This document shows positions 1 to 11,800 of a DNA stretch of 47,456 nucleotides, piece after piece. Position numbers and translations under genes: made by a program. This stretch comes from an uncultured Candidatus Saccharibacteria bacterium (GTDB lineage Bacteria > Patescibacteriota > Minisyncoccia > Phycocordibacterales > PALSA-1337). The stretch's first letter is position 1; every line of letters begins with the position of its first letter. Below the pieces are notes generated by a model, which did not search any database, was not told the origin of the DNA, and saw only the letters and a list, made by a program, of their open reading frames with translations. Location of the stretch: contig CAYPPJ010000007.1 in assembly GCA_964412585.1 (NCBI GenBank), forward strand, positions 1-47,456. Direction: 5' to 3'.

Positions 1-626
<626 letters not shown>

Positions 627-699
627 AATTTTGAAAGTCGCAGTTACGAGTTTGCATGGTTTACATTACTTGAGATAATGAGGTTCATATTGAATCCTG

Positions 700-812
700 T
701 GTTCTGGTGGTTTGGCGCTATGGCAACACCCGTTCCCATTCCGAACACGGCAGTTAAACGTAGTTGCGGCGATGATAGTCCTAAGGGGCGAAAGTAGCTT
801 GCCGCCGGAACA
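700..812 (+). rRNA. rrf: 5S rRNA (ends approximate)
   Basis: cacccgttcccattccgaacacggcagttaa and gaaagtagcttgccgcc motifs; terminal helix gttctggtgg / ccgccggaac. Confidence 0.93.
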
Positions 813-935
813 GAGGATTCAATACAATGCAGAGTGCAATAATTTCAATACACGTTTAGACAAAATGCCAGGGAAGACCTGGCATTTTTGTTTGCTGATT
901 TGCATCATTGAGAGTACTATGTGGATACAAAATAT

Positions 936-1730
936 ATGGCAGAAGAACTCTCACAACAGCGCAAAATTAGAAATAAGTTCTCTCAACTCGTAGATGCGTA
1001 TACGAAATACCGTCGCGACTACCCTGATAGGGTATACGATTTGATATACGAATTCTGTCCGAACAGGGATGCGCAGGTTCTCGATGTTGGCTGCGGTACA
1101 GGCATAGTGACAAAACGGCTCGCTGAGCATTTCAGGCATGTTGTTGGTACCGACAAGGAGGAAGGCATGCTTGCTGTGGCTCGGCTAACCATGGGCAAAT
1201 CGGCTGGCACGGGGAAACCGGTCACATTTGTAAATACAGCAGTTGAATCTATGCCATTTGAAACGGGAACATTTGATTTGGTCACGGCAGCTTCGGCATA
1301 TCATTGGTTCGACTATGGAGCAGCTGGGAAGGAGATATACAGGGTCTTGAAGCCTGAAGGGAAACTGTGCGTATTTTGGAAGCATCAGCGTGACAAGACT
1401 TTCGCCAACCTTCCTATATTTGCATATAACAATTTGAAAAAATTCGTATCTGATGTACCACGAAGCAACAAAGGTCCAATTCGGGAGCAGCTCTTTCTGA
1501 ATGCAGGATTCACTAAGGTCCGACTCGAGGAGTTTAATTTTGATGAAGTATACTCTGTTGAAGAAGTGCTCGGATACATCCAGTCACATTCAACCTACAA
1601 TTTGTTAGACGCTGAACAGAAGAAAGCGTACATGGACCTGAATAGGGAAGCCGTCGGTCAGCATCTCACCGAGGGAATATTCATTTTTCAGTACAAAATG
1701 GTTATGTACTTTGTAGAGAAAAAATTTTAA
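936..1730 (+). CDS. Class I SAM-dependent methyltransferase (Methyltransf_11-like); ORF open from GTG 921, ATG 936 preferred
   Basis: VLDVGCGTG motif I, FDLVTAASAYHWFD, EIYRVLKPEG, N-terminal FS..Y..YR..YP signature. Confidence 0.88.
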   Translation: MAEELSQQRKIRNKFSQLVDAYTKYRRDYPDRVYDLIYEFCPNRDAQVLDVGCGTGIVTKRLAEHFRHVVGTDKEEGMLAVARLTMGKSAGTGKPVTFVNTAVESMPFETGTFDLVTAASAYHWFDYGAAGKEIYRVLKPEGKLCVFWKHQRDKTFANLPIFAYNNLKKFVSDVPRSNKGPIREQLFLNAGFTKVRLEEFNFDEVYSVEEVLGYIQSHSTYNLLDAEQKKAYMDLNREAVGQHLTEGIFIFQYKMVMYFVEKKF

Positions 1731-1738
1731 GATAAGCA

Positions 1739-2395
1739 CTATTCTTTGATCAGTTTCTCGGTGAAGCCAGCACTCACTAAATATTCAAATGCCGACCAGA
1801 CATCTGCAGGAATCTCCTGCTCGATCTGAAATCCTTTCTGTGGATATAATTTGATGCGTTGAAGATCGCCGACTATCGCATTGATGACATCGTCCTTTCC
1901 ACGCGAACCGGCGACGTACTCATCAAAGGAAAGCGGGGGAGAGGTTACGATGAGCTCGATATCTGGTAGCCACATTTTACCCGTCGCATACACTCGTCGT
2001 TCTGCATACGGTTTTTGAACGAGAATGATTCGTCGTGGAGTAATATTTCGAACGCGCAACTCTTCAAGTGCAAACTTATAGTTCTCTCCGGTATTCTGTG
2101 ATCGGTTCTCAATAATAATACTTTGCGAGAGAACACCCTTTTGAATCGCAATTGCAGAAAATATTTCAGCCTCAGATGAGCCAACGAATTTCTCGCGTCC
2201 AGGTTTGTGATTGTGTATTGATCCTGATCCCGCAAACAAAAGTAAAGGTGCGTACTTCTGTAAAAACAAATCAGCCGCGTACTCAGCAACTCGCGTGTCA
2301 CTACTTCCGAGTACGAATAACAAGTCAGAGGGTTTGAGCTCTTGATGCATCAGCATGTAGTCCCAAATAATACGTGCAGCTTTGTCTGTGTTCAT
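1739..2395 (-). CDS. YdcF / DUF218 (ElyC/SanA-like) family protein
   Basis: LFVLGS, LLFAGS, SEAE, IIIENRSQNTGEN, ILVQKPYAERR pattern typical of DUF218. Confidence 0.85.
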   Translation of the reverse strand: MNTDKAARIIWDYMLMHQELKPSDLLFVLGSSDTRVAEYAADLFLQKYAPLLLFAGSGSIHNHKPGREKFVGSSEAEIFSAIAIQKGVLSQSIIIENRSQNTGENYKFALEELRVRNITPRRIILVQKPYAERRVYATGKMWLPDIELIVTSPPLSFDEYVAGSRGKDDVINAIVGDLQRIKLYPQKGFQIEQEIPADVWSAFEYLVSAGFTEKLIKE

Positions 2396-2859
2396 AAAAT
2401 GATTCTAGCATTGTTGAGAGGCAATAACTTAAATCACAACAGCAAAAAGTACCAAAAAATCTGGGGATAAATAATTAGGATACAGATTCATCAATGAGGC
2501 AAATCTTTAATTAATATTGAGAATTTTAGAAGAGTAGGATAGGAGTTAAATATGGGTTAGCTCAGGACTTGGAAGCGAAGGAAATGCTAATTTTACCACA
2601 AATTTATCGTAACGATTTTACTTGGTGTAATGAAATCTTGTTATACATAGATTGTAGTGTTTATTAATGTTTATGTAGGTATGCCTAAGGAGATTTTTCG
2701 CGAGTTCTGCGGTGCTGAATGCTGGGTACTGCCGCACTGGAGCCACCTAGTACTTTCGTTGTGATGAACCTAGCTGTCATAGTGATCTTGAATGCGAGCC
2801 AAATATTCCTTGGCCTAAAACTGGTGCTTTAAGCATCCTGGAAGGCTATAATTTTAGGG

Positions 2860-5800
2860 ATGAGCAACCAGGGTACAACTCAACAAAATCTAGCTTCCCA
2901 AGGTACGGTCTTGGAGTTCATTCCGATTAACCGAGCATCCGAGATAACCAAGTACAGAAAGGATTATATTGGACAGCTGTGTCGTGCCGGCAAATTGGTT
3001 ACCCGACGAAATGGTCGTCAGTGGCTGGTTGAAAAGTCATCGATTTTGGCTCACAAAAAAGCTGCCGATGAGTTTTATAATTTGGCACCACAAACAGCGC
3101 AGGTAGTTACACCTGTTCTGCCTGTAGTAGAGACACCTGTCACTCCGCCCCCAATCCCTTGGACCTTCACCTATGATGAGGATACACGTCCGCTATTGCC
3201 AGTATTGAAACCCAAGGCATTCGCCACAACGGCAATTCCTGAAAAACAAAAGTCTGAGGTGGTCCATTCAGTACAGGCCGCAAAAAAACGGGGAGTTGCT
3301 GCAACATCAAAGCCTTCGACATTATTTACACATCATCTTCAAACGGCTGTTATTGTGACGACATTGATCTGTGTCGTTTCATTGGCTGGCGCAGTATCTC
3401 TTGGTCAGCATGGTGCGAAAGTCGCTTTTGAAAAAAGTTCGAACATGTTTAGTGCGGGTCAGGAAAGTGGACAGACAGCCTCATTGTTTGACTGGATATC
3501 TGCGCGAAAGAAATCAGCAGTTGTTGTCATTCGTGAATTTTTGGGCATAGAGGATCAACAGCCACAGGTCGTTGTCGTCACAGCTACCAGTACACCTGTT
3601 ATAGTCAATCAAGCTAAACCTGTAGCGGTCACACAGCCGCCACGTACGAACTACGTCTATTCATCCGATCCATCGTTGGCGGATCGTATCGATAGGGTGC
3701 AACAGAATCTTGATGAGTTTAAAAAATTTCAACAGTTACAGACGTATACTATTTACGAAAATGTGAGTAATGGCTTATCGTCGGTCGGAGGGGGTTCATC
3801 GAGTAATTTTACTGGTTCAAATCTAAACGGTGTTACTATTACTGGCTCATCATTTTCGGGCACGACCGGAGTATTTTCTTCTAGTGTGAGTGTGGGAGGC
3901 GCCCTCTCTGTTACCGGATCAACAACGTTGGCCGATCTCACTGTGGGGTCTTTGGAGGGTCCGCTCCAGGCGATCGGTGGCGTGGTCTCAGCTACATCAA
4001 CACTTTCCTCGGTGTATGGTGGTACTGGTCATAGTAGCTACGCTGAGGGTGATGTACTCTATGGCAATTCAAACGGCGACCTTTCTACGTTGGCGCGCTC
4101 CTCAAATGGGCTAGTCCTCAAACTGGTTGGTGGTGTGCCATCATGGCAGGCTGACCTTATGGGAAGTGGTGGTGGTTCGTCAGCGTGGGCGACATCAAGC
4201 GACAACTTGCTTGTGTATCCAAGTGATTCGATGGATGTAGTTGTTATTGGATCGAACGCGACGACTTCTTCGGGGAATATATTTGAAGTGGTGGGTAGTA
4301 CGAAGTTAGGAGGAGTGAATGATGTGGCAACAATTTCGAAACTCTTGGTTAGCGGTTCTTCAACATTGCAGAGACTGACATTCACCCAGGCTACAGGCAC
4401 GTCAGCTACAACAACAAATTTGTTTGCAACACACGCCTCATCAACCGATTTGCATGCGACCGCCGCGGCATTCGGTACTCTTTCGGTCGGGTCACTTACT
4501 GGTCTCTTGCAATCAGCGAACGGCCTCGTCTCTGCTTCCTCAACACTTTCCATTGCATATGGCGGAACAGGTACTTCGACAAAACCTTCGTATGGTCAGG
4601 TACTTCTCGGTCAGGCTGATGGGACATACACATTGATTGCAACGAGCTCACTTGGTTTTCCAACGCCGCAAGATCTCTCCCCGTACCTCACCTCAGCAAA
4701 CGCGGCTACCACCTATCTCAATCTTACCAACTGGTATGCCACCACCACCGATGGTCTTGATGAAGGGGTAGTCAATCTCTACTACACCGACCCTCGAGTC
4801 CAGACATACCTCAATTCGGTTGCAAAAGGATTCTTCTTCTCAACGACCTCAGCAGCTTACTGGGATTCAACACAGTCACGTTGGGCGACAACCAGTACCG
4901 ATTACTGGAAGAGTCAGAACAATTTCTTTTCTACCACGTCAGTCGCATACTGGGACTCGACTCAATCACGTTGGGCGACGACATCAAGTGATTACTACGT
5001 AAATGCCTCGACGACTATTCCAAAGACGTATACCAACAATACGTTTACGGGCGCTAATACATTCAATGGCGGCCTCACCGTCGGTTCTCTCACTGGCCCA
5101 TTGCAGGCATTGAATGGTGCTGTCTCCGCCTCTTCAACACTGTCGATTGCATATGGCGGTACAGGTACTTCAACACTTCCAACATATGGAAAATTGTTGG
5201 TGGGAAATACACGCGGTGGATATGACTATGTCGCCACATCCACACTTGGACTTCTTCAATTGTCTGATCTTGTCGCGTATCTCACAAGTGCAAATGCCGC
5301 TTCAACATATTTGAGTTTGGCAAACTGGTACTCGACAACCACCGACCAACTTGCTGAAGGCTCGACACATCTCTACTACACCGACCCCCGAGTCCAGACA
5401 TACCTCAACTCGGTTGCAAAAGGGTTCTTCTTCTCAACAACTTCAGCAGCTTACTGGGACTCGACTCAATCACGTTGGGCGACGACATCAAGTGATTACT
5501 ACGTAAATGCCTCGACGACTATTCCAAAGACGTATACCAACAATACGTTTACGGGCGCTAATACATTCACCGGACTACAGACCTTTGGTAACAACATCTC
5601 TTTTGGCGGTGCTCAATTGAACGCGAGTGCGTTGACATACGGCAACCTCCTCATGTTTAACGGAACCAACTGGGTAAATACATCGACATCGTCACTCGGT
5701 ATTACAGGTGGATCATCATTCGGGTATCTCTTCCCGGGGAATGCGACGTCAACACTGCTCGCATTTAATGGAGGCCTTACTTCGTATGCAACATCGACTA

Positions 5801-8800
5801 TTGGTGACGGTACACAAGCAGGAGGACTTACTATCAATGGCGGTGCGACCACGACGGGGAATGCGTATTTTGGAGGAAATGTTTACTTCCCGGGTTCAGG
5901 TATCTGGAATTCCAGTGGCAGAGTTGGTATCGCCACCACAAGCCCAAATGGTTTGTTGTCGATTGATGGATTAACTCTTGGTCCTACAAACGTATCAGTT
6001 CCTGTCTTAAACATAGTTGATACAACGACTCGAGTCAGTATTTTTGATAATGGGTTTAATGCCCCAAATATTCTTACTATTTTGGGTGGAATTGGCGGAA
6101 GCACAGCCGGTGGTTCAGGATTTTCTGGAGGTTTAGGTGGTTCGGTCAGCATAACGGCTGGAAAAGGAGGAAATGCGCCGTCAAGTAATACAAATGGTGA
6201 TGGTGGAAGTATTACGCTTCAGTCTGGATCGCCAGGAAGTGGCGCGGGTACCGCCGGCTCTTATGGTAAGATTTTGTTAAATTCAAATGGCGGCAACGTC
6301 GGCGTCGGCACCACCTCGCCATACGCCAAGCTCTCAGTTGAAGGATCTTCTGTTCTCGGCAACAATGCTCTCGCTGGTTACTTCACCGCAACTACTACAA
6401 CTGCTTCAGTTTTTCCATACGCTTCAACCACCGGACTCACTATCAGTAAACTGTATGATTCAACAGGATCTCTTGGTACCAACGGCATGGTTCTTCAGAC
6501 CAATGGATCAGTTTCAACCTGGGTCGCCACATCATCACTCGGTATTACTGGTGGCGCCTCCGCCTTCACCTCACTCACTGATACCTTTGCATCATATGCA
6601 GGGAAGTCAGGACAGCTTGTTGCGGTTAACTATGGAGAAACGGGCCTCACTTCATTCTCTACATCAACACTTGGTCTTCTCACCACCAACGTGGCAGAGG
6701 GATCGAATCTGTACTACCAGGATGCGCGGGTGAATTCGTATATCAACGCCTCGACAACGATTCCGAAGACGTATACAGCTAATACCTTTGCCGCAACAAA
6801 CATATTTAATGGCAGTGTCGGTGTCGGTACGACGAGCCCATTCGCTAAACTTTCTATTTCTACAACTGCCCAGCAAGATGGCGCACTGCCTCTTTTCGTA
6901 GTAGCTTCAACGACTAATACCACTTTGTTCAACGTGTTGGGAAATGGCAACGTCGGTGTCGGTACCACTTCACCATACGCAGCACTGTCAGTCGTTGGTC
7001 CTGCAGGACCTATTGGAGGCAGTGCACCTACAGCCTTTGCAGTATATGGAGGAACAGGGTTTAATCGTGGCGGAGGAATAGATTTGTATGCGGGAACGGG
7101 TCAATCTATTGGGGGCACGATTAATATCGTTGCTGGCCCCGGAATAGTCGACGGTATTGGCGGTGACGTGGTAATCACTGGTGGTGCAGCGCCATCAAAT
7201 TCGACTGGAGGCTCCGTATATATTACTGGTGGGGGAAGTTCCTTCGGCAGTAGTAATTTGGGGGGAGATGTTCAAATCAATGCGGGCTCCGCGTCTCTTG
7301 GGTATGGAAAGATATTGTTAGCCACAACGGGAGGCAACGTCGGCATCGGCACCACTTCGCCATACGCCAAGCTCTCCGTCGTTGGCCAAGTTGTCAGTGC
7401 CTACTTCACCGCTACCACTTCAACCGCATCCACCTTCCCATACGCTTCAACAACAGCTCTTACGGTATCAGGAACAAACGGACTCAAACTGGCAACCGGC
7501 TTGAATGGTCCTCTCCAGGCAGTCGCTGGCCTCGTCTCTGCTTCTTCAACTCTGTCTACAGTATATGGAGGTACTGGTCTTCCAACAAAGCCAGCATATG
7601 GTCAGATTCTCTTGGGCCAGGCTGATGGTTCGTACGCTCTCACGGCAACTTCATCACTCGGTATTACTGGTGGTGTGTCAGCTTTCACGTCATTGACTGA
7701 TGCATTCAATTCATATTCAGGGCGAGCAGGGCAATTGGTTGGAGTTGACTATGGTGCTACCGGTCTCACCTCGTTCTCAACGTCAACACTCGGTCTTCCT
7801 CAGTTCTCAGATCTCTCTGCATATCTCACCACATCAAATGCGGCGTCCACATATTTGAGTTTGGCGAATTGGTATGCCACAACCACGGATGGTTTGGATG
7901 AAGGATCAATTAATAAATATTATTCCAATACTCTCGTTAATTCATATATTCACGCTTCGACAACCATTCCTAAGCTATATACTGCGAATACATTTACTGC
8001 CGGACAAACATTTAATGGCGGAGTGACTATTGATTCTTTGAATGGTCCGCTTCAAGCATTGAGTGGCGTGGTGTCAGCAACTTCGACGTTGTCGACTGTG
8101 TATGGTGGTACCGGTCTTTCGACAAAGCCGACTTATGGCCAAGTCCTATTGGGTCAGGCGAATGGTTCGTACGCTCTAGCAGCGACTTCTTCCCTTGGTT
8201 TCGACGAGTCGCAGTGGATAACATCTGGTTCCAATATTCAGTACAACACGGGAAATGTGAGTGTCGGTACAACGTCCGCACAAGCCCGACTCAATCTTGA
8301 AGCTGTTGCGGGCGGCTCAACTCGCGAGGCACTTATCAAGGCGAGTGTTTCTGATAGTGGAAATGACGCGTTCTATGTCTCTAATGGTACCGGATCTGAC
8401 AATCATTTTGCACCACTTTTTGCTGGCTACAATAATACAAGCAACTCATTGTGGTCATTGAGTTTTACTGGACTTACTGACTCTACTAATGACGCGTCGG
8501 ATTCATCAAACTTTGGATTGATCCGGTTCAATACGTACCAAGCAACAAATCCTACGGATCCTTTGAATAGCACGCTTTCTGCGATTTCAAATAGGAAATT
8601 GTTTACATTTGAAAATGGTCCGGCAACTCTCATGACTCTTGCTGCAAGTGGTAACTTGGGCATCGGCACCACCTCTCCATATGCCAAGCTCTCAGTCGTT
8701 GGACAGGTTGTCGGTGCATACTTCACCGCTACCACTTCGACCGCTTCTACCTTCCCATATGCTTCAACAACAGCTCTTACGGTATCAGGAACAAACGGAC

Positions 8801-11800
8801 TCAAACTGGCAACCGGCTTGAATGGTCCTCTCCAGGCAGTCGCTGGCCTCGTCTCTGCTTCTTCAACTCTGTCTACAGTATATGGAGGTACTGGTCTTCC
8901 AACAAAGCCAGCATATGGTCAGATTCTCTTGGGCCAGGCTGATGGTTCGTACGCTCTCACGGCAACTTCATCACTCGGTATTACTGGTGGTGTGTCAGCT
9001 TTCACGTCACTCACCGATACCTTTGCATCGTATGCAGGGAAGTCGGGACAGCTTGTTGCGGTTAACTATGGAGAAACGGGCCTAACGACTTTTGCCACAT
9101 CTTCACTTGGACTTGTTAGCTCCCAATGGACAACTTCAGGGTCAACTATTTCATATAACACCGGAAATGTAGGCATTGGCTCTTCTACTCCATTTGCTAC
9201 GTTATCTATTGTCGGAAACGTAAATCAGGCTGCAACACCATATTTTGCAATTGCGTCTTCATCAACCATTGCACCATTCTTGCAAGTAGCATCTTCCTCA
9301 AACTTCCAGGTTGATGGCGGTGTATTGGAACCAATGCACCGTGGTAGGCTTGGTAACTCGGCCGGAGGATCAGTAATGGCCAACCCTAACTCAGTTTTTG
9401 TCTCTGGTAACTATGCCTATATTGCGGTGTATAGTTCAAATGCACTTGAAATAGTTGATATTTCAACCTCGACCCCAGTGCATAAAGGGAAACTCGTTCA
9501 CGGTACTGGTGGTGCACTTTTGACCAACCCGCGCTCAGTCTTTGTCTCGGGTAATTATGCCTATGTGGCAGTTGGTGGCAGTAACGCGCTCGAAATCATT
9601 GACGTATCAAATCCTGCAAACCCAGTTCACAAAGGATCGATTACTAACGGAACGGGTGGTGCCGCTTTGTCTACACCTTACCAAGTGTATGTCTCAGGTA
9701 ATTATGCGTATGTCGCGTCAAATGGTAGCAATGCTCTCGAAATCATTGATATATCAAATCCCGCGAATCCAGTTCACAAAGGAAAGCTTACCCATAATAC
9801 AGGGGGTGCCTCATTGAGTGCTCCATACCATGTGTACGTAGTCGGAAATAATGCATATGTCGCCGCGAGTGGTGCCCTCGAAATTGTCGATGTCACAAAT
9901 CCTGCGGCACCTGTTCATCGCAGTAAACTTACTGATGGTACGGGTGGCGCATCACTGACCAATCCTCAGTCAGTCTTCGTCTCGGGTAATCATGCATATG
10001 TTGCCGATTTTAGTGGCGCACTTGAAATCGTGGATATTTCGAATCCTTATGCACCAGTTCATCGAGGCAAACTTACTAATGGCACAGGTGGTGCGTCACT
10101 GGTCGGTCCGCGTTCAGTCTTTGTCTCAGGAAACTATGCATACATTGCTGATGGCTCAGGTGACGCACTTGAAATTGTGGATGTTAGCAATCCATTGAAC
10201 CCAGTTCACAAAGGTAAAATAGTAGATGCGCAGGGCGGCTCAGCGCTCGACAACCCAGCATCTGTTTTCGTCTCTGGTAACTATGCATATGTGGCAGCAT
10301 CGGCAAGTTATGCATTTGAAGTAGTTGATGTGGGAGCCGTAAATATTTCGAACGCGCAGATCGGAACACTCAAAGTCGGCAACTTCTCCGTAGATAACTT
10401 TGCTCAGTTCAACAACAATTTGTTTGTAAAAAATAATTTGAATGTAGGAGGAAGTACGTTGATAGATGGAACCTTAGTAGTTACGGGATCGACGGGTACC
10501 ACAACAGCATCAACAGCAACAACATCGGCACTATTTATGGGCAATATTCTTGTTGGGACACCATCGACTGGTTCCACCACTCCATATTCACGTCTCTCGG
10601 TATATGGGGCAGGTACGGGAACTGGCCAGATTTTTGAGCTTACAGACAATGCGTCAAATACCATTGCTCGATTCCTTGATAATGGGACAGGATATTTTGC
10701 GGGCAATATTGGTTTTGGCACCACTTCGCCATATGCAAAACTCTCGGTCGAAGGATTTTCTGTTCTCGGTAACTCCGCATTAGCAGGTTACTTCACTGCA
10801 ACCACCACCACAGCATCAGTATTTCCATACGCTTCAACCACAATGGTCAGCGCAACCACAGCATCAACCACCAACCTCATCATCTCAGGTCTCCCAAGCT
10901 GTAGCTCAACAAGTGCTCTTACGACAAACTCAAGTGGTGTCGTAGCTTGTGGACCAATATCGGGTGGGTCAGCATTCTCGTGGACTCCAGGAACAAACTA
11001 CGGAGTTGCTGTTAACTCAACTTCAACCCCAATCTGGTTCCAGAATGGTCTCATGGCTTCAAGCACAGCCTACCTAACCTATGCAACCACCACCGCTCTC
11101 ACTGTCACAGGTAACGCATACTTCCCAGGAAACGGTATCTGGAATTCGAGTGGATTCCTTGGTATCGGAACAACTTCGCCATATGCCGCACTCTCGGTCG
11201 TCGGCGCATCTGGTGTTGTTGCAGACAAATACTTTGCGACATCGACGACGGCTACGAGTACGTTTGCGGGAGGGTTGAACGTTGGCTCGGGGAATCTCTT
11301 GTATGATCTTTCAACCGGCGTTACTTCCGCATCCGCATTCCAGACAGGAAACCTCAACTTTGATACTGATGCAGGTATGGTCTCATGGGCAGATCTTCCA
11401 CTATCAAGTGCATCGAACGGAACCATCGAAGGGTATAGTGCTTCTTTGAATGGTAGTACTACGATCAGTGTCTATGGCGTCTCAGCAGGATCTGGCTGGT
11501 TGCAAAATGATTATCCGCGTGTCGCAATCGGCAGTACTACTGCGCCGAGTTCAAAATTGACAGTCTTTGGTAATGGCACAGGAGCCAACGGACTCTTCGA
11601 ATTAGTCGACAACGCTTCTACGACTCGTTTCAAGGTGCTTGATAACGGAAAAGTTGGTATCGGTACCACATCTCCGTACGCAACTCTTTCTGTTCAGAAC
11701 AATTACGCGAGCGGTAATACTACGCTCTTCGCCGTCGCTTCATCAACTGCCGCAAACGCAAGTACCGCAAGCAATCTCTTCAATATCTCAAATACCGGTG

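Noticed and set aside
712-993. 93-aa ORF over the 5S gene
   Set aside because: Shadow translation of rRNA; TTG start, no protein features.
2554-2600. gggttagctcag resembling a tRNA 5' end
   Set aside because: No anticodon stem, T-arm (GTTC) or matching acceptor strand.
4948-9009. Repeats as DGR template/variable pair or CRISPR array
   Set aside because: Copies are identical rather than adenine-specific variants, are in-frame coding, no reverse transcriptase is in the window, and there is no repeat-spacer periodicity.
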